NCBI RefSeq assembly: GCF_004010195.1
Contig: NC_057718.1
Span: 5,019,106 to 5,083,105, forward strand
Reading direction: 5' to 3'
DNA: 64,000 nucleotides
DNA from: Chiloscyllium plagiosum
Taxonomy: Eukaryota
Position numbers and translations under genes: made by a program. Under the pieces are notes generated by a model. That model had not been told where the DNA came from. It made no database searches and was given only the letters and a program-made list of their open reading frames with translations. Position 1 is the stretch's first letter. Every line of letters starts with the position of its first letter. Positions 24,655 to 36,572 of the stretch are shown in pieces.

Positions 24655-25270
24655 ATGCTTCCCTTTAATAATCAGTTCATTGAGTATAGGAGTTGCGAGT
24701 TCATGTTGTGGCAGTGTAAGACATTGGTTAGGCCACTTTTGAAATACTGTGTGCAATTCTGGTCTCCCAGATATTGGAAAGAAATTGTTAAACTTGAAAG
24801 GATTTACAGAAAAGATTTACAAGGATGTTGCCACGTTTGGAGGGAAAGACTGAATAGGCTGGGTTTTGTTTTCCCCTGGAACGTTGGAGGCTGAGGGGTG
24901 ACTTTATAGAGGTTTATAACAGCATGAGGGGCATGTATAGGATAAATAGACAAAGTGTTTTGCCTGGGGTGCAGGAGTCCAGAACTAGAGGGCATTGGTT
25001 TAAGGTAAGAGGGGAAAGATATATAAGAGACCTAAGGGGCAACCTTTTCACACACAGAGTTGTGCGTGTATGGAATCAGCTGCCAGAGGAAGTGGTGGAG
25101 GCTGGTACAATTACAGCATTTAAAAGGCATCTGGATGGGTATTTGAATAGGAAGGATTTAGAGGGATATGGGTCAAATGCTGGCAAACGGGACTAGATTA
25201 AATTGGGATATCGAGTCGGCGTGGATGAGTTGGACCACTTTTTCTGTGGTGTACATTTCTTTGACTCGAT
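24655..25270 (+). mobile_element. CR1 (HER1-like) LINE 3' end
   Basis: KTLVRPLLKYCVQFWSP; RTRGHWFKV; RVVRVWNQLPEEVVEAGT. Confidence 0.9.
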
Positions 25271-25747
25271 GATCCCACTGCTGCCATTTCTGCTGATTAA
25301 CTCCAATGACGCTGCTTGTTAAAATGCTGTTTCGGTCCCCGCTCTATTGATGTTTAAAACAGAAGAAAAATGGGTTTGCTTCGCGGGGAATTAACTGTGG
25401 TGTGGGAAAGTATCTGTGCTGTCATGATCATGTTCGCCTCCCACGCGGAATATCGCAAGCAGCTCTACTGTTGCTTTATATTCCAGGCAAGTTGAGTTTA
25501 TACTGGAACCGAATGGAGACTGTTATTTCATTGCTGTTGTGAAACAAAGTCCTACGGTGACTCGACTCGTCGTTATTTGGTTTTCTGGCCAATGGGAAAA
25601 TCGTTGCAATGAATTTCGATGTCATATGTTATTGAATTTCTCCCATTTCCTTCATTTCAGTCCTGGAGACATCGGAAGGGAAAGTTAATCTAATCGAGAC
25701 TGTGATTGGTGAAATTCACTCTTTATGGCCCATTTATATTATGTTCG

Positions 25748-26632
25748 TTCTTTCTCTCTTATGCGGAAAGTCAGGAGGCATGGGATAGAGGGACATTTGG
25801 TCAGTTGGATAGAAAACTGGCTAACCGGTCGAAGTCAGAGAGTGGTGGTAGATGGTAAATATTCAGCCTGGAGCCCAGTTACAAGTGGAGTTCCACAGGG
25901 ATCAGTTCTGGGTCCTCTGCTGTTTGTAATTTTTATTAATGACTTGAAAGAGGGAGTCGAAGGGTGGGTCAGTAAATNNNNNNNNNNNNNNNNNNNNNNN
26001 NNNNNNNNNNNNNNNNNNNNNNNNNNNNNNNNNNNNNNNNNNNNNNNNNNNNNNNNNNNNNNNNNNNNNNNNNNNNNNNNNNNNNNNNNNNNNNNNNNNN
26101 NNNNNNNNNNNNNNNNNNNNNNNNNNNNNNNNNNNNNNNNNNNNNNNNNNNNNNNNNNNNNNNNNNNNNNNNNNNNNNNNNNNNNNNNNNNNNNNNNNNN
26201 NNNNNNNNNNNNNNNNNNNNNNNNNNNNNNNNNNNNNNNNNNNNNNNNNNNNNNNNNNNNNNNNNNNNNNNNNNNNNNNNNNNNNNNNNNNNNNNNNNNN
26301 NNNNNNNNNNNNNNNNNNNNNNNNNNNNNNNNNNNNNNNNNNNNNNNNNNNNNNNNNNNNNNNNNNNNNNNNNNNNNNNNNNNNNNNNNNNNNNNNNNNN
26401 NNNNNNNNNNNNNNNNNNNNNNNNNNNNNNNNNNNNNNNGGTTCTTTACCCAGAGAGTGGTGGGGGCATGGAATGCGCTGCCTGTGGGAGTGTCAGAGTC
26501 AGAATCATTGGCGAACTTTAAGTGGCAACTGGATAGGTACATGGATGGGTGCTTAAGCTAGGACAAATGTTCGGCACAACATCGTGGGCCGAAGGGCCTG
26601 TTCTGTGCTGTATTGTTCTATGTTCTATGTTG
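25748..26632 (+). mobile_element. Young CR1 LINE fragment spanning an assembly gap
   Basis: [53 protein letters not shown]; (tgttcta)n tail. Confidence 0.9.
25978..26439. other. Assembly gap (N run)
   Basis: Run of n. Confidence 1.
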
Positions 26633-27284
26633 AACTGAGCACTCTGTGTCTGTTCAGATTAGTGTAAAGAAAGCCACATTTCCTGTCCTAGATAGCACAA
26701 CCAACAAGCCTACCCGAAAACAATCGACAAGTCGTGCTACTCTTAGGACTCTATGCAATTGTGTACTGCTGATAACAACAGTCCTGTTTACCCACAGCAT
26801 TTATCAAATGTGTGGGAAGAGCTTTGAGATGTGAGAACGCGATGGGAGAACAAAGACCAATATTTACTTCCGTTTTAGCAACAAACATTAGGGAAGCTGA
26901 GATATTGTTTATATATGGTCAATGTACAGAAACTAGGCTTGTAATCTGATCCTTCAAGGACAAAAGATTAGTTAGAATCAGAGATTTTAACAGCATGGAA
27001 AGAGGCCATTTGGCCCATTGTCTGCACTATTCTCATCCCATTTCCCGTCACTTGGTCTGTATCCTTGTCTGCTGTGACATTATAAAAGCTCAACTAAACA
27101 ATTCTTAAATTTGAGTTCCTGATACCCACAAACCTCTGGCTGAAAAGATTTTTCCTCCAATGCTGTTTTGCTTCTGACCTTAAAACTGTGACCTGTGACC
27201 TCCTCATTATTGACTTCCCCACCAAGAGGAATGGTTAACCCATATCTTTTCTCTCTCTATGTCCCTCAGTACTGTGTACATCTC

Positions 27285-27760
27285 GATCATGGTGATAGGT
27301 CAGAGAGGAAGGTGGGAAGGAAGATGAACAGGTCATGAGGTGCTGAGTTAGAAGGTTGGAACTGGGATAAGGTGAAGGGAGGGGAAATGAGGAAACTGGT
27401 GAAATCCACATTGATCCCATGGTATTGATCCACAGCATCAATGTGGATTTCACCAGTTTTCTCATTTCCCCTATCCCCACCTTATCCCAGTTCCAACCTT
27501 CTAACTCAGCACCACCCTCATGACCCATCCCAACTGTCCATCTTCCTTCTCATCTATCCGCTCCACCCTCCTCTCTGACCTATCATCATCACCATGACCC
27601 ACCATTTATCTCCTCACCACTCCCTTGGCCCACAGTCTCATTCCTGATGAAGGACTTTTGCCCAAAACAACAACTCTCCTGCTCCTCGGATGCTGCCTGA
27701 TCTGCTGTGCTTTTCCAGCACCACACCCTGGACTCTGGTCTCCAGCATTCACTTTTGCCT
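27285..27760. mobile_element. Penelope-like element 3' end (ORF terminus + UTR + family A repeat) with inverted upstream arm
   Basis: Plus arm reads HSINVDFTSFLIS at ~27429, then a pyrimidine-rich UTR and attcctgatgaaggacttttgcccaaaac at 27641; 27285-27423 is its inverted copy. Confidence 0.75.
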
Positions 27761-27874
27761 GCCTTCCTATAGTGTGGCAATCAGAACTGCACACAGTACT
27801 CCAGCTCCATCATAACCTCCTTGCTCTTGTATTTAACAGCTTGATCAGTAAAGGCAAATGCCTTTCTAACTACC

Positions 27875-28323
27875 TAGATTAGATTAGATTACTTACAGTG
27901 TGGAAACAGGCGGCCCAACAAGTCCACACCGACCTGCCGAAGCGCAACCCACCCAGACCCATTCTCCTACACTTACCCCTTCACCTAACACTACGGGCAA
28001 TTTAGCATGGCCATTCACCTAACCTGGAAGAGAAAATGAGGTCTGCAGATGCTGGAGATCAGAGATGGAAATGTGTTGCTGGAGAAGCGCAGCAGGTCAG
28101 GCAGCATCTAGGGAACAGGAGAATCGACGTTTCGGGCATTAGCCCTTCACCTAACCTGCACAGTTTTGGATTGTCGGAGGAAAGCAGAGCACCCGGAGGA
28201 AACCCATGCAGACACTGGGAGAATGTGCAAACTCCACACAATCAGTCGCCCGAAGTGGGAATTGAACCCGGGTCTCTGACGCTGCGAGGCAGCAGTGCTA
28301 ACCACTGTGCCACCGTGCCGCCC
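27875..28323 (-). mobile_element. HE1-type V-SINE interrupted by a family A insertion
   Basis: Consensus SINE split at 28027-28145. Confidence 0.9.
28027..28145 (-). mobile_element. Family A PLE repeat with 13-bp TSD inside an HE1 SINE
   Basis: TSD ttcacctaacctg at 28014-28026 and 28146-28158; 5'-truncated at the hammerhead core. Confidence 0.9.
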
Positions 28324-29444
28324 TACATCCACCTGAACTGCTGCCTTCAAGGATCTGTAGACATGAACTCCAAAGTCCCTTTGATCCTCTCTATGTCCTA
28401 GGTCCCTACCATTCAACATACTCCTTGGCCTTTTATTCCTCCCAAAATGTTTCCCCTCACATTCTTCAGGATTAAATTCCATTTGCATTGCTCAGCCTGT
28501 CTATATTGTCCAGTGCTGACCCTTAGGCTAAACCACCATCACTCGTGACACTCTACCGAGTGAGCAGCTCTGTGACCTGGTAAGTCTTTTCCTTTTACTG
28601 TATTGTCCTGTAGTCTAAAGGGTTTTTGACACGTTATGTGCCACACAACTCTGTGATTGTACCTCTGACATCCATATTGAAGTTGCTACTATACACAAAC
28701 AGCGAGGGACCCTGTATCAAAGCCTTTCATACATCACTGGACATGAGCATTATCACCTACTACTTCCTGCCAATTTTGGATCCAAATTTGCCAAATTGTC
28801 CAGGATCCCATAGGCTCTTAGCTCCCTATCCAGTCTACACATGAGACCTTGTCAAAAACCTGCCTGACAATATAAACCACATTAACTGCTCTACAAACCG
28901 AGAACACAATCTTCAAAAAATTCACTCCAATTTGTGATCTATCTCTGACAAAGCCATGCAGATAATCTTTGATTAATCCACGTCTCTCCAAGAGGAGGCT
29001 ATTTCTGTCCGTTAGAATTTTTCGGATATGGTTTAACTACTTTTAAATTCAGTTTCAATGCAGCTATACTTTTGACTCAGTTTACAATCGAGCAATAGTG
29101 TATTGGTTCAGCAAATTCCCCCAGCCCCATTATGTCAGTGCCTGTATTGGAGGGTAGAAGGTGATGGATCAAAGGTTGTTAACCTCCCACCTGTAATGAT
29201 ACCTCAGCCCTGGCCAACCAGAATCACGTCCCACATGGGGAAGGATGTTTAACACATGCTTTGCATCAACATTAAGGGCTACGGGGAGAATGCGGGTAAG
29301 TGGAGTTGAAATGGCCATCAGCCATGATTGAATGGCGGAGTGGACTCGATGGGCCGAATGGCCTTACTTCCGCTCCTAGGTCTTATGGTCTTAACATAGT
29401 GGACACAGAACTAATCACAATAGGGCATCATTCTCTGCCACTTC

Positions 29445-29550
29445 TAAGTTCTGAAGAAGAATCATTTTGGACTCAAAAATGTCAACGCTGTTTCTCTATT
29501 CACAGATACAGTCAGACCTACAGAGTTTCTCCAGCATTTTGATTTTGTTA
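29445..29550 (+). mobile_element. Family C PLE repeat, decayed
   Basis: agttctgaagaagaatcattttggactcaaaaatgtcaac...agtttctccagcattt. Confidence 0.6.
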
Positions 29551-30157
29551 ATGCTCTGTTTGCTGCTGTTTACTGCTCCTGTCCTTTGGGTGAAACATTA
29601 AACCAAGTCCGTTGATTCCAATTCGTATGAATGAGCGAGATCTTTAGAGCTATTATTTGAAGAAAAACATAGCTGTTCTTCTGGAGTCTCAGCCAAGTTT
29701 TATCTCTCAGCCAACGCCACTTGAAAATCAGATAATCTGGTGGTTTATTTCATTGTTGCCCCTGGTTGTATGCAGATAGAGTAAGTGATAGGAAAAGCTG
29801 AACCTGCAGATTTTGGCTTCTGATTTTTGTTTTAATGACAGCCAGCTGACAGGAGTGGCGGGAAATCTAATCCCACTGTGCAGTTTGTAACCATTAAAGC
29901 CTCTCCTGTGGCATAAGATGTGATACCATGTTGCTGGGGAGTGTCTTTGTAAAGTGGCAAGGCATCATTGAAGTTACAGCAGTGACTTGGAGCAAACCTC
30001 TATCACTGAAACTCCACTCTTCCAAAACCCAGCCTTTCATTCCAGCAAGCCTTAACTGCCCCTTTCACATGGATGGAATCTCCCAATAATAGGGCTATCC
30101 AGAATTGAACAATAATTTGTCATTTGAGGAGTGCGTGAAGACTCTGGGTCTGTGCTC

Positions 30158-31022
30158 ATAGAGTTGTACAGCATGGAAACAGACCCTTCGGTCCAACCCG
30201 TCCATGCCGACCAGATATCCCAACCCAATCTCGTCCCACCTGCCAGCACCCAGCCCATATCCCTCCAAACCCTTCCAATTCATATACCCATCCAAATGCC
30301 TTTTAAATGTTGCAATTGTACCAGCCTCCACCACTTCTTCTGGCAACTCATTCCACAAATGTACCACCCTCTTAGGTTGCCCCTTAGGTCTCTTTTATAT
30401 CTTTTCCCTTCTCACCCTAAACCTATGCCCTCTAGTTCTGGATTCCCTGGCTCCAGGGAAAAGATTTTGCCTATTTATCCTATCCATGCCCCTCAATGTT
30501 TTGTAAACCTCTATAAGGCCACCCCTCAGCCTCCGACGCTCCAGGGAAAACAGCCCCAGCCTGTTCAGCCTCTCCCTATAGCTCAAACCCTCCAACCCTG
30601 GCAAAATCCTTGTAAATCTTTTTTGAACCCTTTCAAGTTTCACAACATTTTTACTCCATGGAACGTAGAAGGATGAGGAAGGAGATCTGATGGAAACTGA
30701 CAGTACACTGAGAGGCCTGGATAGAGTGGATGTGGAGAAGATGTTCCTAATAGTAGGAGAGACTAGGACCTGAGGGCACAGCCTCAGAGTGAAGGGACGA
30801 CCCTTTAGAACTGGGATGAGGAGGAATTTCTTCCGCCAGGGGGTGGGGAATCTTTGGAACTCATCGCCACAGAAGGCAGAGATACGTTCTTGATTAGTGA
30901 ATGGATCAAGGGTTACAGGGAGAATGCATGAGAATGGGATTGAGAAACATGTCAGCCATGATCAGATGGTGGAGTCGTCTCACTGGGCTGAATGGCCTAA
31001 ATTGCTCCTTTTATCTTATGCT
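30158..31022. mobile_element. Back-to-back CR1 3' ends: - strand 30158-30650, + strand 30655-31022
   Basis: KLERVQKRFTRILPGL..LERRRLRGGLIEVYK (-); RTxGHSLRVKG..EMRRNFF-like (+). Confidence 0.85.
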
Positions 31023-32229
31023 CTAGCTTCCATTTCTAAAGTATTCTTAATGTTTTTGAAAAAAAAAGACCAAGTGCTATATGATGGGTGTGTGGAAAAA
31101 CAGGATGAACCATCTGCCAGGTTTCGATATCATTTTATGACTTTCAGTCTGGAGATCGAACCCAACACTGAGAAGATCACACTCTTGTCTGAGCCCAGCA
31201 TGGTGAAGCATTTAAGAAGGACTTTAATGTTCAACTTTTCACTATATTTCCTGATTTTTCGACTTCTTTTAAACCTAAGATTTTATACCTCGGTAGCTTT
31301 ATACCCAGGATGGCACCACGAATGGTGACATCATACACTTTTCACTGGACTCCTGTATCCCAATACTTGAGGATGTGTGACAATAAAAACTGATTCTAAT
31401 GTTTTCATGAGTTATCCTATGTTAACGCTAAACAAAATCCTCCCAGTTACACACAGACAGACTGTCTTGCTATTGTAAGTCATAGCAGTGTAGGGAATAT
31501 GTTTGCGACCAGATAACCCGATGAAACCTTGACCTTTTTTCCTCATATAGAGAATGAGAATTTGATGTTTTCGTAGTTGAATTAATTCCGGCTCTCCAAA
31601 TGAGTAACAGATTAACATTTCCTGACTCCTGGAATTCAAGCAGAGTTGCCTTGGAAACAGATTGATGTGATCCTACACAAAATGAATTTTCTTCCTTTTG
31701 GGAATTGGTGATGATCAGTCATAACTAGGTGACTCAACCATGTATGGAGGATTATTAGCAAAACCAGTTCAATCAGTCTACCTTACAGAATTGTTTTTGT
31801 GCAGCTTTAAGATGAGGGATAAGTCGTCTTTTGAGACTTTATTTTCACTTCAGGCAACCACTGTTCGCATCCATCTGGGTCACATCGATCACAGGTGTGG
31901 GCATGATCGAGATCCCCCCTTCCCCACCGATGTCCCTCAGCCCCGCTATTAAAGGAGTGGGTGTCCCCAAGATGCCAACGTGACTGATTCCACTTCTAGG
32001 TTTGTACCAACGTGAGACCAATGTTAATTACAGGCTCCAGCTCGCTGGGAACCAGGTTGGAACAATCCACACTGCAGCAAATGAGAACAAATCTGCTACA
32101 CTGAAACAGACCATTCAGCCCATCTGATCCGTGCTGAAGTTTATGGACGAATCTTTCGTGTTTCCTCTCCATGTCGTCCTATCAGTACACCCTGCTATTC
32201 CATTCTCTCTAGTAACATAGAGGCATGAT

Positions 32230-32612
32230 GTCATAGAGTCATACAGCACAGAAGTGCACCCTTTGCTCCTACCCGTCTGTGCTGAGCATATTTCCTGAAC
32301 TGAACGAGTCCCATTTTCCTGTGTTTGGCCCCACACCCCTCTAAACCTTTTCTGTTCATGTCCCTGTCCAAATGTCTTTATAACTTGTCTTTGTAAATGA
32401 TATGTGGAACTTGGTATATGGAGGATAGTGGGTTAGTGTAGTTTTAGGTGGGCTTGGATCGGCGCAACATCGAGGGCCCAAGGGCCTGTACTGCGCTGTA
32501 TTCTTCTATGTTCTATAACTGTACTCCCCTCCACCACTTCCTCTGGCTGTTTGTTCCATATATGCACCACCCTCTGTGTGGAAACAATTGCCCCGCAGGT
32601 CCCTTTTAAATC
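32230..32612 (-). mobile_element. CR1 3' end with a + strand CR1 tail inserted (32390-32516)
   Basis: TQRVVHIWNKQPEEVVE; insert ends gggcctgtactgcgctgtattcttctatgttctat. Confidence 0.7.
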
Positions 32613-33449
32613 TTTAATGGAAGATGGATAACCACTATTAAAATGCATCTAAATCGTTTGTTTCAACAGCTCGGTGGTGGGGAGTTTCATGTTCAAGTCA
32701 CTGCCCAAGTAAAGCAGGTTGTGAAATGTCTATTTTGCGCTATTTCATACAGCATAGCAGGAGGCCATTTGTCCCATTGTGCTCATGCTGGGACCATTGT
32801 GCTTATGTGCCATCCAACGTGTCCCATTCCTTAGTTTATATCTCTGAAGCATTTCCAGTAGCATTTCCTCTTTCACAGTTACCTAATTCCCAATTGAAAG
32901 TTACTGTTGAATCTGTTCCCATCACTTGTTCAGGCAGTTTGTTCCTAATTATGATCATCATTTGAAGTATAAACATTTATTACTGACTATCTTGTATTTA
33001 TGGCCTTCAATTTTAGACTTTATCAAGTGGAAGCATCTTTACTACCTCTTCATATTAAACCCTTTCATTATCTTAAAGGCTTTTTATGGTTCACCTCTCA
33101 ATCTTTGGGAGAGGCACTTTAATCCATTCAATCATGTAAGGATACTTATAGCCTCTTGCTGTTGAGGTTTTGTTGAAAGATCAGTGATTAGCCATGATGG
33201 CATAGCATTGAGCTGTTAGAGGTCAAAACCATGCGTCTCAAACCTACACGTCAATCCTAACGGTTTTCCATCCTTAAACATGCAATTAAGGTACGGGCTT
33301 GTACCTTCTGATGATCAACACCTTTCCTAGTTGTGATCATTTATTGAACGTTACTCCCAGCCATCTGATATTTTTTAGACAGTAAATGCTAGTGATATGT
33401 CACAGTTCAAGGATGTTGTAGCAACATGCACGTTTCCCATGCATATTAA

Positions 33450-33730
33450 AAGATATCTAGCAGGACAGGGACAACAAACACAAGGGAACAAAACCACCTG
33501 CAAGTTTCCCTCCAAGACACTCACCATCCTGACTTAGAATTATTTTGCCATTCCTTCACTGTCACTGGGTCAAAATCCTGGAATTTCCTCCCTCAGGGCA
33601 TTGTGGGTCAACCTACAGCACATGGACAACAGCAGTTCAAGAAGGCAGCTCGCCCCCACCTTCTCAAGGGGAGCGGAGGACGGGTAATAAATGCTGTGCC
33701 CAGACATAAACGCCCATGTCTTGTGAGTGG
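33450..33730 (+). mobile_element. CR1/L2-group LINE 3' end
   Basis: Homologous to 10140-10470. Confidence 0.7.
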
Positions 33731-34071
33731 ATAGAGTAATAGAGTCGTACAGCACAGAAACAGACCCTTCGGTCTAACTCGTCCATGCCAACCAGGTTTC
33801 TCAAATTGAACTAGTCCCATTTGCCTGCGTTTGGCCCACATCGCTCTGACATTTTTTAAAAAATGTGTTGTCACTGCCAGGCTTGGCTGCCCATCCCCAT
33901 TTTTCCCTTGAACTGACTGACATGGCCAAGGGAGCCAGAAGCTAATTAAGAGTCAGCCACATTGCTGTGGGTCAGGAGTCATGAGTCCAGGTAAGGATGG
34001 CACACCTCCCTCCCTAAGGGGCATCAGTGAACCAAATGCTCTTGGTAGACAGTGGTTACATGGTCATCGTT

Positions 34072-34120
34072 CCCTGGATGCTGCCTGACCTGCTGTGCTG
34101 TTCCAGCAATAAAGTTTCAA
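34072..34120 (+). mobile_element. Very short family A insertion with 7-bp TSD
   Basis: catcgtt at 34065-34071 and 34121-34127 flanking ccctggatgctgcctgacctgctgtgctgttccagcaataaagtttcaa. Confidence 0.65.
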
Positions 34121-34261
34121 CATCGTTAGATCAAAAAACATAGAGAGAAGGAGTAGGCCATTCGACCCTTCAAATCCACTCCACCATTCAATATGATTAC
34201 CCAACTCCGTACCTTGTTCCCACTTTCTCCCCTTACCCTTTTGATCTCTTTAAGAACTAAA

Positions 34262-34590
34262 GGGGTGGCACAGTGGTTTGCACTGCTGCCACACAGTGCC
34301 AGGGACCCAGGTTCGATTCTAGCCTCTGGCGACTGTGGAGCTTGCACATTCTCCTCGTGTCTGCGTGGGTTCCCTCTGGTGCTCCAGTTTCCTCCTACAG
34401 TCCCAAGATGTGCAGATTGGGTGAATTGGCTGTGCTAAATTGTCCATAGTGTTCAGGGATATGTAAGTTAGGTGTATGAGTCTGGGGTAATGGTAGGGGA
34501 ATGTGTCTGGGTGGATTATTGTTTGGGGGTTAGAGTTGACTTGTTGGGCCGAAGGGCCTGTTTCCACACTGGGGATTCTATGAACTATAT
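34262..34590 (+). mobile_element. HE1-type V-SINE
   Basis: gtggcacagtgg head, ggttcgattc B-box, CR1-like tail. Confidence 0.85.
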
Positions 34591-35099
34591 CTAACCAAAA
34601 TGTTTCTCTTAAATTCAGATTTCCCTGTCTGCCCTGGTGGGATTAAAATCCATGTGCCCAGAACATTATCCTGGGTCTCTGGATTGCGAGTCCACCAACA
34701 TGACCACTGCCTTCCCTAACCTGGAGCTGTGGATAGTGACAAGAAATTCTCCAACATTTTTCACTGAGTGATGGCTGACCAGGAACCTTTCCCACTCTAA
34801 CCAGCATTGGTGTGTCTGGCCCAGCATTTATTGCCTGTCCCTAGTTGTCCCTGAGAAGGCGGTGCTGCAGATTAACCACAGTATCCTTAGGGAGGGAATT
34901 CCCAAGATTTTGACCCAGGAACACTGAAGGAATAGTGATAGTCAGGATGGTGAGTGGCTGGAAGGGGAACTTGTAGGTGGTGGTGCTCCCATGCCCTTGT
35001 CCTTCTGGATGGTAGAGGCCACGAGTTTGGAAGGTACCAAGTGCGGAGTCTGGGTGAGTTGCTGTAGTGTGTCTTGTAGGTGGTACACAATGAGGCAAT

Positions 35100-36020
35100 C
35101 TTTCAGAACTCAGATCACCTATGGTCATATCAAACATTGAAATTCTAAAATGTGTCCTTGAAAAGAAAACCAAAATAAGCAAAATAAGAGGATGCAAATC
35201 CATTCTGGAGAGGAACTCAGGAGTATCACACCTGCAAGTGTCAAGAAAGCTCCAAAGGGAGAATTACATTACAAAGTGAATGTCAGTCCACTGTACCTTA
35301 AACTGTGAATGTGGTGGTTAATAAAAGACTGTGGTATGCGTGAGAGACATATTTGAATGTTCTCCTTTTTCAGGAATACACTGGGACAAAGATTAAAATT
35401 GAAATTAAACCCTGGTCTGTGTGTTAGAGACTAGTGTATGCACTCGTATACTGTGAAGGGCTACAGTTTGAGATCAGCCATTAAAAACCCCTGCATTGCA
35501 GGTAAAGGAAGGGCAAGTCTCTCACTTAGTGCTGCTGGCTTGTCAGCAACCTGCAGAGCCAAGTACTATTCAACAATCAATGTCAACACTGCCAGTAGTA
35601 TCCATTGTAATAGCCACAACATGTACTATCTGGTCTTTGTGAATTACTGATTACTATATCGGTAAATATTTTTTTGTTTGAAACAATTATCTTCTTTATG
35701 CTCTCTTATTTCTCATGTGTTTGTTGTGGTTTTTATTTCTTGAATTTAGTAATTAATAAAATCACTCTTTGTTAATTTGAGGGAGCCTTGGTAAATTGGC
35801 TCCTTTTTAAAAAATATAAGTTCATTTGCTGTGGGAGAGAGGTACCCAGACAGGAAGGGGATCCTTCGTCAAACTCCCTTTAATGTGACTAAACAAGAGG
35901 TTCTGTGAATAAGGAAGAGGAGCTAGTTTCTTCTCTCCTCACCCAGGAGCTTGGTGTTTGGAGTATCCCATCTCGAACTGGAACAGCTTGGGGAACTTCA
36001 TTCGAGAACTGGTCATAACA
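35100..36020 (+). mobile_element. Possible decayed solo LTR
   Basis: AT-rich tract with aataaa at ~35755 and terminus ggtcataaca (36020); left end not defined. Confidence 0.3.
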
Positions 36021-36439
36021 CACATCAATAGGGAAAAACACCTTGAGTAGCAGTCACCTCTATGGTGTTCTTATGTTGCTCTTATCAATAAGAGACTGGG
36101 AAGAGGTAAATGGATAAAGCTGTAGTCATGTACCTTTGTCTGATTAAGCCTGGCTGTGTTTTCCACATTAAAAGAGCAATAAAAATCCACAAGGTTGTAG
36201 TGCAAAGGGGTATTTAGAACAGCTTGCATTGAAATGCAATGATAATGCATCGAAGTGAGTGAACAGTATGGAGTAACACTCACCACAGAGAGTGTTAAAC
36301 ATCTCCCAGTGTTCCTACCCAATGTGGTTTCAGCAGATGGGATGATACAGCTCAGGAGGAGCCACTGGGTGAATCATGTCTTACCATGATCCAGCCTGTT
36401 GCCCTGTTTTTTCAACATCTAATTTCCCTTTGAAAGGAA

Positions 36440-36572
36440 AACAAAGAGCTGTGGATGCCAGAAATCTGAAACAAAAACGGAAATAGCTGGAGAAACTTGG
36501 CAGGTCTGGCAGCCTCTGTGGAGGGAAAGCAGAATTAATATTTGGAGTCTAGTGACTAGTTCTGACGAACAG
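36440..36572 (-). mobile_element. Family C PLE repeat, decayed
   Basis: gctgtggatgccagaaatctgaaacaaaaacggaaatagctggagaaacttggcaggtctggcagc. Confidence 0.65.

Noticed and set aside
25725..26561. Long ORFs (278 aa, 235 aa; also those at 50819-51459 and 60509-61278)
   Set aside because: Length comes from reading through N-gaps; the real parts are CR1 or minisatellite sequence.
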